The notes: generated by a model from the letters alone, not told the origin. A stretch of DNA of 64,000 nt from an uncultured Actinomycetota bacterium (GCA_963718235.1 CAVQYR010000001.1:672001-736000), one strand, 5' to 3'. Numbered from the stretch's first letter, positions 18,301 to 39,508 are shown. Numbers and translations are program-made.

Positions 18301-18334
18301 CGTGGGAGGGCCGAGCGCGGCCCGCCGTACCACG
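18301..18334 (+). promoter_or_regulatory. Putative L1-binding autoregulatory leader
   Basis: CGTGG-GA-GGGCC...GGCCC-GCCGTA-CCACG two-stem hairpin with asymmetric internal loop directly upstream of rplA. Confidence 0.6.
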
Positions 18335-18360
18335 ACTCCACCGCACACGAAGGAGCGGAC

Positions 18361-19080
18361 ATGCAGCGCAGCAAGGCCTACCGTCAGGCGGCCGAGAAGA
18401 TCGACGCCGACGCCCTGTACACCCCGTTCGAGGCCGTCACCCTGGCCAAGGACACCTCAGCCATGAAGGTGCCGGCCACCGTCGAGGTCGCCATGCGCCT
18501 GGGCGTCGACCCCCGCAAGGCCGACCAGATGGTCCGCGGCACGGTCAACCTCCCGCACGGCACCGGCAAGACCGCCCGGGTGCTGGTCTTCGCCACCGGC
18601 GAGAAGGCTGAGGAGGCGCGGGCGGCTGGTGCGGACTTCGTCGGGTCCGACGACATGATCGAGAAGGTGTCCGGCGGGTTCACCGACTTCGACGCCGCCG
18701 TGGCCACGCCCGACCTCATGGGCAAGGTCGGCCGCCTGGGCAAGGTGCTGGGCCCACGGGGGCTCATGCCCAACCCCAAGACCGGCACGGTGACGATGGA
18801 CGTCGCCAAGGCGGTCGAGGACATCAAGGGCGGCAAGATCGAGTTCCGGGTCGACCGGAACTCCAACCTGCACTTCGTGATCGGCAAGACGTCGTTCCAG
18901 ACCGAGCAGCTGGCCGAGAACTACGCAGCCGCCCTGGACGAGGTCCTGCGGCTCAAGCCTTCGTCGGCCAAGGGCCGCTACATCAAGAAGGTCACCGTGT
19001 CGACCACGATGGGCCCGGGGATCCCGGTCGACCCGAACCGGACCCGCAACGTCGCCGCCGACGACTCCCTCTCAAGTTGA
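18361..19080 (+). CDS. rplA: 50S ribosomal protein L1
   Basis: [40 protein letters not shown]; AAGGAG RBS. Confidence 0.98.
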   Translation: MQRSKAYRQAAEKIDADALYTPFEAVTLAKDTSAMKVPATVEVAMRLGVDPRKADQMVRGTVNLPHGTGKTARVLVFATGEKAEEARAAGADFVGSDDMIEKVSGGFTDFDAAVATPDLMGKVGRLGKVLGPRGLMPNPKTGTVTMDVAKAVEDIKGGKIEFRVDRNSNLHFVIGKTSFQTEQLAENYAAALDEVLRLKPSSAKGRYIKKVTVSTTMGPGIPVDPNRTRNVAADDSLSS

Positions 19081-19139
19081 TCTTGGACTTGATCTGACAG
19101 CTCGACCGGTTGGCGCCTCATCATCTGCATGATCAACTT
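19074..19139. repeat. Imperfect inverted-repeat element (REP/MITE-like or terminator) overlapping rplA stop
   Basis: AAGTTGATCTTGGACTTGAT ... ATCATCTGCATGATCAACTT, 16/20 complementary, AT-rich for this genome. Confidence 0.55.
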
Positions 19140-19181
19140 CGGGGGGCGGCGAGGCGGGCCCTGGGGTGGTTCGCGGTCGTT

Positions 19182-19211
19182 TTGACCTCCGGCGGCCTGG
19201 GCGCGTAGCCT
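19182..19211 (+). promoter_or_regulatory. Housekeeping-sigma promoter of rplJL
   Basis: TTGACC-18bp-TAGCCT. Confidence 0.65.
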
Positions 19212-19218
19212 CGGGCCC

Positions 19219-19292
19219 GCCGAAGACCGCCGGTCGCCGCGTCTCACGACGCGGTCGAAGGTCCCGCAGCAGCGGGCGGCCCGCGCAGGTGT
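19219..19292 (+). promoter_or_regulatory. L10 leader (rplJL autoregulatory RNA)
   Basis: CGAAGACCGCCGGTC...GAAGGT...CCCGCGCAGGTG pattern upstream of rplJ. Confidence 0.7.
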
Positions 19293-19480
19293 GACGAGAC
19301 GGACGACAGTGGCCAGTGGCCCTGACGTGACGCCCCGAGCGCCGTGCGCCGGGGCGTTTGCCATGCCTGGGGTGCCTGGTCAGCCGCCGGACGTCGGGGA
19401 CGACCACTCACGAGCAGTCAGACCGCACGCACGAGACCGTCACACAAGGTAGTCAGACCAGCACCACGGAAGGGAACCTC

Positions 19481-20035
19481 ATGGCGCGGGACACCAAGGC
19501 AGGCGCCGTCACCGAGATCGCGGACCAGTTCCGGGCCTCCGGTGGCGCCGTGCTGACCGAGTACCGCGGGCTCACCGTCAAGCAGATGCAGGAGCTGCGT
19601 CGGGCTCTCGGTGGGAACGCGACCTACGCCGTGGTGAAGAACACGCTGACCAAGATCGCGGCCAAGGACGCCGGGATCGACGGCCTGGACGACCTGCTCG
19701 CCGGGCCGAGTGCCATCGCCTTCATCACCGGTGACCCGGTGGAGGCGGCGAAGGGACTGCGTGACTTCTCCAAGGTGAATCCGCTGCTCGTGATCAAGGG
19801 CGGTGTCCTCGACGGAAAGTCGGTGACCGCGGCTGAGATCAAGAAGCTGGCGGACCTCGAGTCGCGCGAGGTCCTCCTCGCCAAGCTCGCCGGAGCGATG
19901 AAGGCGTCCCTGTCCGGGGCCGCCTCGCTCTTCAACGCCCCACTCGCGCAGACCGCCCGTGCCCTGGGCGCCCTGCAGAGCAAGGCCGAGCAGGACCCAT
20001 CGGTCCTCGCTTCCAGCACGACCCCCGAGGGCTGA
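19481..20035 (+). CDS. rplJ: 50S ribosomal protein L10
   Basis: [33 protein letters not shown]. Confidence 0.97.
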   Translation: MARDTKAGAVTEIADQFRASGGAVLTEYRGLTVKQMQELRRALGGNATYAVVKNTLTKIAAKDAGIDGLDDLLAGPSAIAFITGDPVEAAKGLRDFSKVNPLLVIKGGVLDGKSVTAAEIKKLADLESREVLLAKLAGAMKASLSGAASLFNAPLAQTARALGALQSKAEQDPSVLASSTTPEG

Positions 20036-20092
20036 CCGGCCCGTTCAACCCAGCCGGCCCCCGGGGCCGACGACCCTAGGAAGGACGCCACC

Positions 20093-20491
20093 ATGGCGAA
20101 GCTCAGCACCGACGAGCTGCTCGACGCGTTCAAAGAGATGACGCTGCTCGAGCTCTCGGAGTTCGTGAAGCAGTTCGAGGAGACCTTCGACGTCACCGCT
20201 GCGGCCCCGGTGGCCGTGGCCGCAGCCCCGGCTGCCGGTGGCGCCGCGGCCGGTGGCGACGCCGGTGCCGCCGAGGAGCAGGACGAGTTCGACGTCATCC
20301 TCGAGGGTGCAGGCGACAAGAAGATCCAGGTCATCAAGGAGGTGCGCACCCTCACGAGCCTGGGCCTGAAGGAGGCCAAGGACCTCGTCGAGGGCACGCC
20401 CAAGGCGGTCCTGGAGAAGGTCACCAAGGAGGCCGCCGACAAGGCGAAGGAGGCCCTCGAGGCCGCCGGCGCCACGGTGAGCGTCAAGTAG
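20093..20491 (+). CDS. rplL: 50S ribosomal protein L7/L12
   Basis: [38 protein letters not shown]. Confidence 0.98.
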   Translation: MAKLSTDELLDAFKEMTLLELSEFVKQFEETFDVTAAAPVAVAAAPAAGGAAAGGDAGAAEEQDEFDVILEGAGDKKIQVIKEVRTLTSLGLKEAKDLVEGTPKAVLEKVTKEAADKAKEALEAAGATVSVK

Positions 20492-20506
20492 TCACGAGTC
20501 TGTCGC

Positions 20507-20551
20507 CGTCCGAAGGCGGCCCGGCCGTGCTGGCCGGGCCGCCTTCGGACG
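20507..20551 (+). terminator. Perfect 20-bp hairpin after rplL
   Basis: CGTCCGAAGGCGGCCCGGCC-GTGCT-GGCCGGGCCGCCTTCGGACG. Confidence 0.75.
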
Positions 20552-20672
20552 TTCGGACCCGATCGGGTGACAGAACGCGCCCGGACCGGCTCAGGTGCTT
20601 GACCTGGCCGGTCCCAGCGGTCATCCTGCCCGGGTCCGGGTTCGGGCGGCCCCGCTGACTCAGCGGGCCGGC

Positions 20673-20702
20673 TGGACTCTTGCGGCGCTGTGTCGCTATG
20701 CT
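20673..20702 (+). promoter_or_regulatory. Putative rpoBC promoter
   Basis: TGGACT-18bp-TATGCT. Confidence 0.55.
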
Positions 20703-20803
20703 GTCGCTTTGCGCCGCCCCTGCCCCTCGCCCACCACGCTGCTGTGGTCCCTGAGCGTGGGACGTCCGGCTGCGCGCAGGATCCGAGCTCGGAAGGACGC
20801 CTC

Positions 20804-24307
<3,504 letters not shown>

Positions 24308-24364
24308 CGCCCCTCGCGCACCGGCCCCCTCCGACGACGAACCCCAAGAAGGACTGGTAACCCC

Positions 24365-28239
<3,875 letters not shown>

Positions 28240-28243
<4 letters not shown>

Positions 28244-28542
28244 GCACGCCCGCCTACGCACCGACGCCCGCCTCGCCGCCCCCGCCCACCGCGGATGCGG
28301 CGGCGTGGGCGTTGGCGGCGGCCATCGCCAGCTGGTTCCTGTGCCCGGTCGTGCTGGCGGTCGTGGCCCTGGTGCTCGCCCACTCGGCCGACCAGACGAT
28401 CGACGCCTCGGCCGGCAGCCTGGGCGGGCGGGGGCTGGTCACGGCGGCCCGGGTGGTCGCCTGGATCCACCTCGCCCTGGCCGCGCTGGCGGTGGCCCTG
28501 GGCCTGGCCGTGCTCGTCGGCGTCCTGCTCGGAGCGTCGTGA
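28240..28542 (+). CDS. Small membrane protein, DUF4190-like (start uncertain: CTG 28240 or TTG 28312)
   Basis: Two hydrophobic helices with I..S.G.L.GRGL..AA linker; Pro-rich in-frame N-terminus back to the rpoC stop. Confidence 0.6.
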
Positions 28543-28562
28543 CCACGGTGGGGCGGACCGTT

Positions 28563-28592
28563 TTGACCGGCTCGAAGGCGGTCGGTTAGGCT
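28563..28592 (+). promoter_or_regulatory. str operon promoter
   Basis: TTGACC-18bp-TAGGCT. Confidence 0.7.
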
Positions 28593-28734
28593 CTGCCCTC
28601 GGACCCGGCCGCTCACCGGTGGTTGGCACCGGGTTCCGCTCAGTCCCACTCAACGGGCCGTACGCCCATGGTCGGGGTCCTGCGATCCGGGCTGCGGCAC
28701 CTGTCCCACGCACATCGGGGCGTGACGTCCGCTC

Positions 28735-28769
28735 GGGCGTGACACGCCCGAGCGCGGGGGTCGGGACCA
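28735..28769 (+). promoter_or_regulatory. Leader RNA motif, copy 1 (shared with rpsJ leader)
   Basis: GGGCGTGACACGCCCGAGCGCGGGGGTCGGGACCA, 29/35 identical to 33296-33330. Confidence 0.65.
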
Positions 28770-28791
28770 CCAGCACCACCCGCTCCACGAC

Positions 28792-28824
28792 TGCTCGACG
28801 AATGCTCGACGAATGCTCGACGAA
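28792..28824 (+). repeat. 11-bp tandem repeat x3
   Basis: (TGCTCGACGAA)3 in rpsL leader. Confidence 0.9.
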
Positions 28825-28854
28825 GTTGTCTCCCTTCAGCAGAAAGCGACAGCG

Positions 28855-29228
<374 letters not shown>

Positions 29229-29229
<1 letters not shown>

Positions 29230-29699
29230 TGCCGCGCAAGGGTCCGCCCGCCAAGCACCCGGTCGTCCCCGACCCGGTCTACAACAGCCCGCTGGTCACC
29301 TCGGTCATCAACAAGGTGCTCGTCGACGGCAAGCGCTCCACGGCGCAGAGCATCGTGTACGACGCCCTCGAGGGTTGCCGCGAGAAGAGCGGCTCCGACC
29401 CGGTCATCACGCTCAAGCGGGCCCTGGACAACGTCCGTCCCACGCTGGAGGTCAAGAGCCGTCGCGTCGGTGGGGCGACCTACCAGGTCCCGGTCGAGGT
29501 CAAGCCGGGCCGCAGCACGACGCTGGCGATCCGCTGGCTCATCGCCTACAGCCGGCAGCGTCGCGAGAAGACGATGACCGAGCGACTGATGAACGAGCTG
29601 CTCGACGCGAGCAACGGCCTCGGAGCGTCGGTCAAGCGCCGCGAGGACACCCACAAGATGGCCGAGTCCAACAAGGCTTTCGCGCACTACCGCTGGTAA
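29229..29699 (+). CDS. rpsG: 30S ribosomal protein S7
   Basis: [27 protein letters not shown]. Confidence 0.99.
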
Positions 29700-29754
29700 G
29701 CACGCCGACCGACCAGCCCACCACGACCCAACGACTGACGAGAGAACGGCCAAC

Positions 29755-31857
29755 GTGTCTACCGCCACCACGCTCGACCTCGGCATGGTCCGCAACATCG
29801 GGATCATGGCGCACATCGACGCGGGCAAGACCACGACCACCGAGCGGATCCTGTTCTACACCGGGATCAACTACAAGATCGGTGAGGTCCACGACGGCGC
29901 CGCAACGATGGACTGGATGCCCCAGGAGCAGGAGCGCGGCATCACCATCACGTCGGCCGCGACGACGTGCGTCTGGGACGACCACACGATCAACATCATC
30001 GACACCCCCGGTCACGTCGACTTCACCGTCGAGGTCGAGCGCTCACTGCGGGTGCTCGACGGTGCCGTGGCCGTGTTCGACGGCGTGGCTGGTGTCGAGC
30101 CGCAGTCGGAGACCGTCTGGCGCCAGGCCGACCGTTACAACGTGCCGAGGATCTGCTTCGTCAACAAGCTCGACCGCACGGGTGCGGAGTTCCACCGCAC
30201 CGTCGACATGATCGTGTCGCGCCTGAGTGCGATCCCGCTCCCGCTGCAGATCCCGATCGGCGCCGAGGCCGACTTCCGTGGCGTGGTCGACCTGATCGCC
30301 ATGAAGGCGCTGGTCTGGCCGGTCGAGGCGGCCAAGGGCGACATGTACGAGACCGTCGACATCCCGTCGACCCATGTCGAGGCCGCCCGCGACTGGCGTG
30401 ACCGCCTGCTCGAGACCATCTCGGAGAACGACGACGAGATGATGGAGCTGTACCTGGAGGGCGTCGAGCCGACCGAGGACCAGCTGGTCGCTGCGATCCG
30501 TCGCGCCACCATCGCCAGCAAGCTCACCCCGGTGCTGTGCGGCTCGGCCTTCAAGAACAAGGGCGTCCAGCCCATGCTCGACGCAGTCGTGCGCTACCTG
30601 CCCAGCCCGCTGGACGTCGAGGCGATCCAGGGCCATGCGGTTCACGACGAGTCCGTGGTCGTGGAGAGGCGGCCCAGCGAGAGCGAGCCCTTCTCGGCCC
30701 TGGCCTTCAAGATCATGAGCGACCCGCACCTGGGCAAGCTCACCTACATCCGGATCTACTCCGGCGTGCTGGAGTCGGGCAGCCAGGTGCTGAACAGCAC
30801 CAAGGACCGCAAGGAGCGGATCGGCAAGATCTACCAGATGCACGCCAACAAGCGAGAAGAGAAGCCGACCGCGACCGCGGGCCACATCGTCGCGGTGATG
30901 GGGCTCAAGGACACCACGACCGGCGACACGCTTTCCGACCCGGCGAAGCCGGTGATCCTGGAGTCGATGACCTTCCCCGCGCCGGTCATCTCGGTGGCCA
31001 TCGAGCCGAAGTCCAAGGCCGACCAGGAGCGCCTCAGCACGGCCATCCAGCGGCTGGCCGAGGAGGACCCGACCTTCCAGGTGCGAGGCGACGAGGAAAC
31101 CGGCCAGACCATCATCGGCGGCATGGGCGAGCTGCACCTCGAGGTGCTCGTCGACCGGATGAAGCGGGAGTTCCGGGTCGAGGCCAACGTCGGCCGCCCC
31201 CAGGTCGCCTACCGCGAGACCCTGACCAAGAAGGTCGTGAAGGTCGAGTACACGCACAAGAAGCAGACCGGTGGCTCTGGCCAGTACGGCCGGGTGATCA
31301 TCGACGTCGAACCGCTGGGCGAGGGTGCCGAGAGCGGGTACGAGTTCGTCAACTCCGTGACCGGTGGGCGCATCCCCCGCGAGTACATCCCCAGCGTCGA
31401 CTCCGGAGTGCAGGAGGCCATGGAGTACGGCGTGGTCGCCGGCTACCCGATGGTCGACATCAAGGTGACCCTGCAGGACGGCGCCTACCACGACGTCGAC
31501 TCCTCAGAGCTCGCCTTCAAGATCGCCGGCTCGATGGCCTTCAAGGAGGCCGCCAAGCGCGCCAACCCGGTGCTGCTCGAGCCGATCATGTCCGTCGAGG
31601 TCACCACCCCTGAGGACTTCATGGGTGACGTGATCGGCGACCTCAACTCCCGACGGGGCCACATCCAGTCGATGGACGAGCGGGCCGGTGCCCGGATCGT
31701 CACGGCGAAGGTGCCGCTGTCGGAGATGTTCGGTTACGTGGGTGACCTGCGCAGCAAGACCCAGGGTCGCGCCTCGTACTCGATGCAGTTCGACTCCTAC
31801 GCCCAGGTTCCCTCGAACGTGGCCACGGAGATCATCGCGAAGGCGCGGGGAGAGTAA
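29755..31857 (+). CDS. fusA: Elongation factor G
   Basis: [29 protein letters not shown]. Confidence 0.99.
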   Translation: MSTATTLDLGMVRNIGIMAHIDAGKTTTTERILFYTGINYKIGEVHDGAATMDWMPQEQERGITITSAATTCVWDDHTINIIDTPGHVDFTVEVERSLRVLDGAVAVFDGVAGVEPQSETVWRQADRYNVPRICFVNKLDRTGAEFHRTVDMIVSRLSAIPLPLQIPIGAEADFRGVVDLIAMKALVWPVEAAKGDMYETVDIPSTHVEAARDWRDRLLETISENDDEMMELYLEGVEPTEDQLVAAIRRATIASKLTPVLCGSAFKNKGVQPMLDAVVRYLPSPLDVEAIQGHAVHDESVVVERRPSESEPFSALAFKIMSDPHLGKLTYIRIYSGVLESGSQVLNSTKDRKERIGKIYQMHANKREEKPTATAGHIVAVMGLKDTTTGDTLSDPAKPVILESMTFPAPVISVAIEPKSKADQERLSTAIQRLAEEDPTFQVRGDEETGQTIIGGMGELHLEVLVDRMKREFRVEANVGRPQVAYRETLTKKVVKVEYTHKKQTGGSGQYGRVIIDVEPLGEGAESGYEFVNSVTGGRIPREYIPSVDSGVQEAMEYGVVAGYPMVDIKVTLQDGAYHDVDSSELAFKIAGSMAFKEAAKRANPVLLEPIMSVEVTTPEDFMGDVIGDLNSRRGHIQSMDERAGARIVTAKVPLSEMFGYVGDLRSKTQGRASYSMQFDSYAQVPSNVATEIIAKARGE

Positions 31858-31923
31858 CCGCCCTGTGGCTTCTGGCCACGCCCGACCTGTCAGACGAAAT
31901 CCCTAAGTCCTAGGAGGACCACA

Positions 31924-33117
<1,194 letters not shown>

Positions 33118-33295
33118 CACCCACGATTAGGTGATTTCGCCCCGGTTGGGGCACACTAGGCAGGTTGCTCGGGCCGGCGGCCGGGGACGGGTCTCCTCAG
33201 CGATGAGGAGGCGAGGTCCCTGGCTGCCGCCCCCGGCGCCCGACAAAGGTCGGGCGCGACTCCCGTCGAAGGCTGTTGACCTCCCCCGCGTGGGA

Positions 33296-33330
33296 GGGTG
33301 CGACACGCCCGACCTCGGGGGTCGGAGCCA
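33296..33330 (+). promoter_or_regulatory. Leader RNA motif, copy 2 (shared with rpsL leader)
   Basis: GGGTGCGACACGCCCGACCTCGGGGGTCGGAGCCA. Confidence 0.65.
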
Positions 33331-33372
33331 GCCCCAGGCAGCACCGGCACGAGAGAAGGAATTCGACACGCC

Positions 33373-33681
33373 ATGGCGGGACAGAAGATCCGCATCCGGC
33401 TGAAGGCCTATGACCACGAGGTCATCGACAGCTCGGCGCGCAAGATCGTCGAGACGGCCACCCGGACCGGAGCCCAGGTTGCCGGACCGGTGCCGCTGCC
33501 GACGGAGAAGAACGTCTTCGTCGTCATCCGCTCGCCGCACAAGTACAAGGACAGCCGCGAGCACTTCGAGATGCGCACGCACAAGCGACTCATCGACATC
33601 ATCGACCCGACGCCCAAGACCGTCGACTCGCTCATGCGGCTCGACCTGCCGGCGGGCGTCGACATCGAGATCAAGCTGTAG
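33373..33681 (+). CDS. rpsJ: 30S ribosomal protein S10
   Basis: [31 protein letters not shown]. Confidence 0.99.
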   Translation: MAGQKIRIRLKAYDHEVIDSSARKIVETATRTGAQVAGPVPLPTEKNVFVVIRSPHKYKDSREHFEMRTHKRLIDIIDPTPKTVDSLMRLDLPAGVDIEIKL

Positions 33682-33693
33682 AGGGACGCACGC

Positions 33694-34344
33694 ATGACCA
33701 AGAACGTGAAGGGCGTCCTGGGCGAGAAGCTCGGCATGACCCAGGTGTGGGACGAGAACAACAAGATCGTCCCGGTCACCGTGGTCAAGGCCGGGCCCTG
33801 CGTGGTGACCCAGGTCCGCACCCCCGACGTCGACGGCTACTCCGCCGTCCAGCTCGGCTTCGGTGCCATCGACCCGCGCAAGGTGAACAAGCCGGACGCC
33901 GGCCACTTCGCCAAGGCCGGGGTCACGCCTCGGCGGCACCTCGTCGAGCTGCGCACCGACGACGCCAACGAGTACACCCTCGGCCAGGAGATCGGACCTG
34001 ACGTGTTCGAGGCCGGCCAGCCGGTCGACGTCACGGCGACGAGCAAGGGCAAGGGCTTCACGGGTGTGATGAAGCGGCACGGGTTCCAGGGCGTCTCGGC
34101 GTCCCACGGCGCCCACCGCAACCACCGCAAGCCGGGCTCGATCGGCGCCGGGTCCACCCCCAGCCGGGTGTTCAAGGGTCTGAAGATGGCCGGTCGCCAC
34201 GGCAACGCCCGGACCACCGTGCAGAACCTCACCGTCGCCAAGGTCGACACCGACCAGGGCCTTCTGCTCATCAAGGGCGCCGTCCCCGGCCCGATCGGTG
34301 GTCTGGTGTTCGTCAGCAGCGCCGCGAAGGGAGCCCAGCGATGA
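33694..34344 (+). CDS. rplC: 50S ribosomal protein L3
   Basis: [21 protein letters not shown]. Confidence 0.98.
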   Translation: MTKNVKGVLGEKLGMTQVWDENNKIVPVTVVKAGPCVVTQVRTPDVDGYSAVQLGFGAIDPRKVNKPDAGHFAKAGVTPRRHLVELRTDDANEYTLGQEIGPDVFEAGQPVDVTATSKGKGFTGVMKRHGFQGVSASHGAHRNHRKPGSIGAGSTPSRVFKGLKMAGRHGNARTTVQNLTVAKVDTDQGLLLIKGAVPGPIGGLVFVSSAAKGAQR

Positions 34345-35024
34345 CCACCATCGACGTCGTGTCGCCCACCGGTGGCACCAGCGGCACGGTCGAGCTGCCC
34401 GCGGAGCTGTTCGACGTCCAGGCCAACATGCCGCTGATGCACCAGGTGGTCGTGGCCCAGCTGGCCGCGGCGCGCCAGGGCACGCACAGCACCCTGACCC
34501 GCGGCGAGGTCGCGGGCGGCGGGCGCAAGCCCTACCGCCAGAAGGGCACCGGCCGCGCCCGCCAGGGCTCGATCCGGGCTCCGCACTTCACCGGTGGCGG
34601 CGTCGTGCACGGACCCACCCCGCGAAGCTACGAGCAGCGCACCCCGAAGAAGATGAAGGCTGCTGCCCTGCGCGGTGCCCTGTCCGACCGGGCACGCAAC
34701 GGCCGGATCCACGTGGTGGGCGGTTTCGTCGACGGTGACACCCCCTCCACCCGCACCGCGTTGGCCGTGCTCGACCAGCTGTCGAGCCGTCCGCACGTCC
34801 TCGTGGTCGCCGAGCGCGACGACGTGGCGGCGTGGAAGAGCCTGCGCAACGTCGAGCGGGTCCACCTGCTCGCCCCCGACCAGCTGAACACCTACGACGT
34901 GCTCGTCAGCGACGACGTCGTGTTCACCCGGGAGGCCCTCGAGGCGTTCGTGGGCGGCCCGGTGAGCGGCAAGGGCGCCAAGGCGGTCGCGACCGAGAGC
35001 GAGATCGAGGAGGCCGCGCTGTGA
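34341..35024 (+). CDS. rplD: 50S ribosomal protein L4
   Basis: [15 protein letters not shown]. Confidence 0.98.
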   Translation: MTTIDVVSPTGGTSGTVELPAELFDVQANMPLMHQVVVAQLAAARQGTHSTLTRGEVAGGGRKPYRQKGTGRARQGSIRAPHFTGGGVVHGPTPRSYEQRTPKKMKAAALRGALSDRARNGRIHVVGGFVDGDTPSTRTALAVLDQLSSRPHVLVVAERDDVAAWKSLRNVERVHLLAPDQLNTYDVLVSDDVVFTREALEAFVGGPVSGKGAKAVATESEIEEAAL

Positions 35025-35326
35025 CCACGGTCCAGAAGAACCCGCGTGACGTGCTGATCGCACCGGTCGTCTCGGAGAAGAGCTACGGCCTGCTCGACGA
35101 GAACAAGTACACGTTCGTGGTGCACCCAGACGCCAACAAGACCGAGATCAAGATCGCGGTCGAGAAGGTGTTCGGCGTGACAGTCACGAGCGTGAACACG
35201 CTCAACCGGCACGGCAAGCGCCGGCGCACCCGTTTCGGCGAGGGCAAGCGCAAGGACACCAAGCGCGCCATCGTCAGCGTGGCGTCCGGCGACCGCATCG
35301 ACATCTTCGGCGGCCCGGTCTCCTGA
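35021..35326 (+). CDS. rplW: 50S ribosomal protein L23
   Basis: [21 protein letters not shown]. Confidence 0.97.
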   Translation: MTTVQKNPRDVLIAPVVSEKSYGLLDENKYTFVVHPDANKTEIKIAVEKVFGVTVTSVNTLNRHGKRRRTRFGEGKRKDTKRAIVSVASGDRIDIFGGPVS

Positions 35327-35354
35327 CCGGGTGACGACATAAGGACCATCAGCC

Positions 35355-36191
35355 ATGGGTATCCGCAAGTACAAGCCGACGACGCCGGGACGTCGCGGTT
35401 CGAGCGTGGCCGACTTCGTCGAAGTCACCCGCGCCGAGCCGGAGAAGTCCCTCGTGCGTCCGCTGCCCAAGAAGGGTGGCCGCAACTCGGCCGGCCGGAT
35501 CACCGCCCGGCACCAGGGTGGTGGGCACAAGCGCGCCTACCGGGTCATCGACTTCCGTCGCCATGACAAGGACGGCGTGCCGGCCAAGGTCGCGCACATC
35601 GAGTACGACCCGAACCGCACCGCTCGGATCGCGTTGCTGCACTACTCCGACGGCGACAAGCGCTACATCCTCGCGCCGACGAAGCTGGCGCAGGGCGACC
35701 GGGTCGAGGCCGGTCCCTCGGCCGACATCAAGCCGGGCAACAACCTGCCGCTGCGCAACATCCCGGTCGGAACCGTGATCCACGCGGTCGAGCTGCGTCC
35801 GGGTGGCGGGGCGAAGCTGGCCCGCTCGGCCGGTGCCAGCATCCAGCTGGTCGCCAAGGACGGGCCCTACGCCCAGCTTCGGCTGCCTTCGGGGGAGATC
35901 CGCAACGTCGACCTTCGCGCCCGGGCGACCGTGGGTGAGGTCGGCAACGCCGAGCAGTCCAACATCAACTGGGGCAAGGCCGGCCGCATGCGCTGGAAGG
36001 GCAAGCGCCCGACCGTTCGCGGTGTGGCCATGAACCCGATCGACCACCCCCACGGTGGTGGCGAGGGGAAGACCTCCGGTGGTCGCCACCCGGTGTCGCC
36101 GTGGGGTCAGCCAGAGGGCCGAACCCGCAAACGGCGCAAGCCGAGCGACAAGTACATCGTCCGCCGCCGCAAGACGAACAAGAAGCGCTAG
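35355..36191 (+). CDS. rplB: 50S ribosomal protein L2
   Basis: [30 protein letters not shown]. Confidence 0.99.
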   Translation: MGIRKYKPTTPGRRGSSVADFVEVTRAEPEKSLVRPLPKKGGRNSAGRITARHQGGGHKRAYRVIDFRRHDKDGVPAKVAHIEYDPNRTARIALLHYSDGDKRYILAPTKLAQGDRVEAGPSADIKPGNNLPLRNIPVGTVIHAVELRPGGGAKLARSAGASIQLVAKDGPYAQLRLPSGEIRNVDLRARATVGEVGNAEQSNINWGKAGRMRWKGKRPTVRGVAMNPIDHPHGGGEGKTSGGRHPVSPWGQPEGRTRKRRKPSDKYIVRRRKTNKKR

Positions 36192-36204
36192 GAGCAGCTG
36201 ACCG

Positions 36205-36486
36205 ATGCCGCGCAGCCTGAAGAAGGGCCCCTTCGTCGACGACCACCTCATGAAGAAGGTGGACGCACAGAACGAGAAGGGCACCCGCAACGTCATCAAG
36301 ACCTGGTCTCGTCGTTCGATGATCGTGCCGGCCATGATCGGCCACACGATCGCCGTCCACGACGGGCGCAAGCACGTGCCGGTCTTCGTGACCGACGCCA
36401 TGGTGGGTCACAAGCTCGGCGAGTTCTCGCCGACGCGCACCTTCCGCGGCCACGAGAAGGACGACCGCAAGGCTCGCCGCCGCTGA
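36205..36486 (+). CDS. rpsS: 30S ribosomal protein S19
   Basis: [19 protein letters not shown]. Confidence 0.99.
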   Translation: MPRSLKKGPFVDDHLMKKVDAQNEKGTRNVIKTWSRRSMIVPAMIGHTIAVHDGRKHVPVFVTDAMVGHKLGEFSPTRTFRGHEKDDRKARRR

Positions 36487-36541
36487 CGCGGAGGCGACCC
36501 AGACCGAACCAACCGCAACGAGTAGAAGCAGAGGGACAGCG

Positions 36542-36919
36542 ATGGAAGCCAGGGCCAGTGCGCGCAGCACTGCGCGGTTTGTCCGCGTGACGCCCCAGAA
36601 GGCTCGCCGCATGGTCGACCTCATCCGGGGTCTGCCGGTGGCCGAGGCGCAGACGATTCTGCGCTTCACGCCTCAGGCCGCGAGCGAGACCGTCGGCAAG
36701 GTGCTCGGCAGCGCCATCGCCAACGCCGAGCACAACCACAGCCTCGACGTGTCGTCGCTCGTGGTCAGCGAGGCGTTCGTCGACGAGGGTCCGACCCTCA
36801 AGCGGTTCCGCCCGCGGGCCCAGGGCCGCGCGTACCGAATCCGCAAGCGCACCAGCCACATCACGGTCGTCGTCGCACCGGCTGAACAGCCGGTCGCCGC
36901 GGCCCGGAAGAAGGGGTGA
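36542..36919 (+). CDS. rplV: 50S ribosomal protein L22
   Basis: [25 protein letters not shown]. Confidence 0.98.
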   Translation: MEARASARSTARFVRVTPQKARRMVDLIRGLPVAEAQTILRFTPQAASETVGKVLGSAIANAEHNHSLDVSSLVVSEAFVDEGPTLKRFRPRAQGRAYRIRKRTSHITVVVAPAEQPVAAARKKG

Positions 36920-36922
36920 CCC

Positions 36923-37771
36923 GTGGGTCAGAAGGTCAACCCGAACGGGTTCCGTCTCGGCATCACGACCGACTACGCGAGTCGTTGGTACGCCGACAGC
37001 ACCAGTGCTGGTCAGCGCTACAAGGACTACATCAAGGAAGACGTCGAGATCCGTCGACTGCTGAGCCGCGGCATGGAGCGTGCCGGGATCAGCAAGGTAG
37101 ACATCGAGCGCACCCGTGACCGGGTTCGCGTCGACATCCACACCGCCCGTCCTGGCATCGTCATCGGACGACGCGGGGCGGAGGCTGACCGGATCCGGGC
37201 CGACCTCGAGAAGCTCACCGGCAAGCAGGTGCAGCTGAACATCCTGGAGGTCAAGAGTCCCGAGACCGACGCCCAGCTCGTGGCCCAGGGGGTCGCCGAG
37301 CAGCTCAGCAGCCGGGTGTCGTTCCGGCGGGCGATGCGCAAGGCGATCCAGACGGCCATGAAGGCCGGGGCCAAGGGCATCCGGGTGCAGGTGAGCGGTC
37401 GACTCGGTGGTGCCGAGATGTCGCGCACCGAGTTCTACCGCGAGGGCCGGGTGCCGTTGCACACCCTGCGCGCGGACATCGACTACGGCTTCTACGAGGC
37501 TCGCACCACGTTCGGTCGGATCGGTGTGAAGGTCTGGATCTACAAGGGCGACGTGACCGGCAGCAAGGCCGAGCGCGAGGCGGCAGCGGCTGCCGCGCGG
37601 ATGGCCCAGCGCAGCCGCCCGGCCACCCGTACCCCGCGTCGCGACGCTGCGCCGGCCGGGCGAGGACGCGCCGAAGCCCCGGTCGAGGCCCCGGTCGAGG
37701 CCCCGGTCGAGACCCCGGCCGAGGCCGCGGTCGAGGCGACCGGCGGCGCCGAGCCGGGACAGGAGGGCTGA
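36923..37771 (+). CDS. rpsC: 30S ribosomal protein S3 with EAPV-repeat tail
   Basis: [28 protein letters not shown]. Confidence 0.99.
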   Translation: MGQKVNPNGFRLGITTDYASRWYADSTSAGQRYKDYIKEDVEIRRLLSRGMERAGISKVDIERTRDRVRVDIHTARPGIVIGRRGAEADRIRADLEKLTGKQVQLNILEVKSPETDAQLVAQGVAEQLSSRVSFRRAMRKAIQTAMKAGAKGIRVQVSGRLGGAEMSRTEFYREGRVPLHTLRADIDYGFYEARTTFGRIGVKVWIYKGDVTGSKAEREAAAAAARMAQRSRPATRTPRRDAAPAGRGRAEAPVEAPVEAPVETPAEAAVEATGGAEPGQEG

Positions 37772-37774
37772 CCC

Positions 37775-38194
37775 ATGCTGATCCCACGGCGGGTCAAGCA
37801 CCGCAAGCAGCACCACCCCACGCGCAGGGGGATGGCCAAGGGCGGCACGCAGGTGTCGTTCGGCGAGTTCGGGCTCCAGGCGCTGGAGCCCGGCTACATC
37901 ACCAACCGCCAGATCGAGGCGGCGCGAATCGCGATCACCCGCGCCATCAAGCGTGGCGGGAAGGTCTGGATCACCATCTACCCGGACCGACCGCTGACCA
38001 AGAAGCCCGCCGAGACCCGGATGGGTTCGGGCAAGGGCTCGCCGGAGTGGTGGATCGCGAACGTCAAGCCCGGGCGCGTGATGTTCGAGCTGTCCGGCGT
38101 GCCGGAGCCGCTGGCCCGCGAGGCCATGCGCCGGGCGCAGCACAAGCTCCCGGTGAAGACCAGGTTCGTCAAGCGTGAGGCAGGGGAGCTGTGA
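37775..38194 (+). CDS. rplP: 50S ribosomal protein L16
   Basis: [15 protein letters not shown]. Confidence 0.99.
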   Translation: MLIPRRVKHRKQHHPTRRGMAKGGTQVSFGEFGLQALEPGYITNRQIEAARIAITRAIKRGGKVWITIYPDRPLTKKPAETRMGSGKGSPEWWIANVKPGRVMFELSGVPEPLAREAMRRAQHKLPVKTRFVKREAGEL

Positions 38195-38430
38195 TGACTG
38201 TCGGCATCAAGCCTGGCGAACTGCACGGCCTCGAGGATGACGAGCTCGTCGCCAAGCTGCACGAGGCCAAGGAAGAGCTGTTCAACCTGCGGTTCCAGGC
38301 CGCGACCGGACAGCTGGAGAGCCACGGGCGGCTGCGCGCCGTCCGCAAGGACATCGCCCGGATCTACACGGTGCTGCGCGAGCGCGAGCTGGGCATCACC
38401 TCCTTCGAGCGGCCGGAAGGCGCAGCATGA
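38194..38430 (+). CDS. rpmC: 50S ribosomal protein L29
   Basis: [26 protein letters not shown]. Confidence 0.98.
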   Translation: MTVGIKPGELHGLEDDELVAKLHEAKEELFNLRFQAATGQLESHGRLRAVRKDIARIYTVLRERELGITSFERPEGAA

Positions 38431-38747
38431 GTCAGGACACGAGTGAGGACACGGCCCCGATGAGCAGCCCAGCAGACAGCCCCGAGGCCGTGCAGGTGCG
38501 CGGCGCCCGCAAGGTGCGCGAAGGGCTCGTGGTCAGCGACAAGATGGACAAGACCGTCGTGGTCGCGGTCGAGGACCGGGTCAAGCACCCGCTGTACGGC
38601 AAGGTCCTGCGACGCACGAGCAAGCTCAAGGCGCACGACGAGCAGAACACAGCAGGGATCGGCGACCGCGTCGTCATCATGGAGACGCGGCCGACCAGCA
38701 AGAGCAAGCGCTGGCGGCTCGTCGAGATCCTCGAGAAGGCCAAGTAA
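38427..38747 (+). CDS. rpsQ: 30S ribosomal protein S17
   Basis: [29 protein letters not shown]. Confidence 0.98.
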   Translation: MSQDTSEDTAPMSSPADSPEAVQVRGARKVREGLVVSDKMDKTVVVAVEDRVKHPLYGKVLRRTSKLKAHDEQNTAGIGDRVVIMETRPTSKSKRWRLVEILEKAK

Positions 38748-38804
38748 GCCCGTTCCGCCAGGCTCGCCCGCGGGTGAGAACCAGCAGACACCATTGGAGA
38801 ACAC

Positions 38805-39173
38805 GTGATCCAGCAGGAGTCGCGACTCAAGGTCGCCGACAACACCGGTGCCAAGGAGATCTTGTGCATCCGGGTTCTCGGCGGGTCCGGTCGGCGCTAC
38901 GCGGGAATCGGCGACGTGATCGTCGCCACGGTCAAGGACGCCATCCCCGGCGGCAACGTCAAGAAGGGCGAGGTCGTCAAGGCAGTCGTCGTGCGCACGG
39001 TCAAGGAGCGCCGTCGCCCCGACGGCTCGTACATCAAGTTCGACGAGAACGCCGCCGTCATCATCAAGGAGGGCGGCGAGCCCCGAGGTACCCGCATCTT
39101 CGGCCCAGTGGGCCGCGAGCTGCGTGACAAGCGCTACATGCGGATCATCTCGCTCGCCCCGGAGGTGCTGTGA
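38805..39173 (+). CDS. rplN: 50S ribosomal protein L14
   Basis: [24 protein letters not shown]. Confidence 0.99.
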   Translation: MIQQESRLKVADNTGAKEILCIRVLGGSGRRYAGIGDVIVATVKDAIPGGNVKKGEVVKAVVVRTVKERRRPDGSYIKFDENAAVIIKEGGEPRGTRIFGPVGRELRDKRYMRIISLAPEVL

Positions 39174-39508
39174 CCATGCCCAAGATGCATGTGAAGAAGG
39201 GCGACACGGTCATCGTCATCGCCGGCAAGGACAAGGGGGCTACCGGCAAGGTGATCGCCGCCTACCCCCGCGAGCAGCGGGTCCTCGTCGAGGGCGTGAA
39301 CGTCGTCAAGAAGCACACCAAGATCGGGCAGACGTCCCGAGGCGCGAAGACGGGCGGAATCGTCACCCAGGAGGCTCCGATCCACGCCTCGAACGTGATG
39401 CCCGTCGTCGACGGCGAGGGCAGGAAGGTCGGCACCCGGGTCGGCTACCGCATCGACGAAGACGGTCGTAAGGCCCGGGTCGCGGCGAAGACCGGTGAGG
39501 AACTGTGA
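39170..39508 (+). CDS. rplX: 50S ribosomal protein L24
   Basis: [24 protein letters not shown]. Confidence 0.98.
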   Translation: MTMPKMHVKKGDTVIVIAGKDKGATGKVIAAYPREQRVLVEGVNVVKKHTKIGQTSRGAKTGGIVTQEAPIHASNVMPVVDGEGRKVGTRVGYRIDEDGRKARVAAKTGEEL

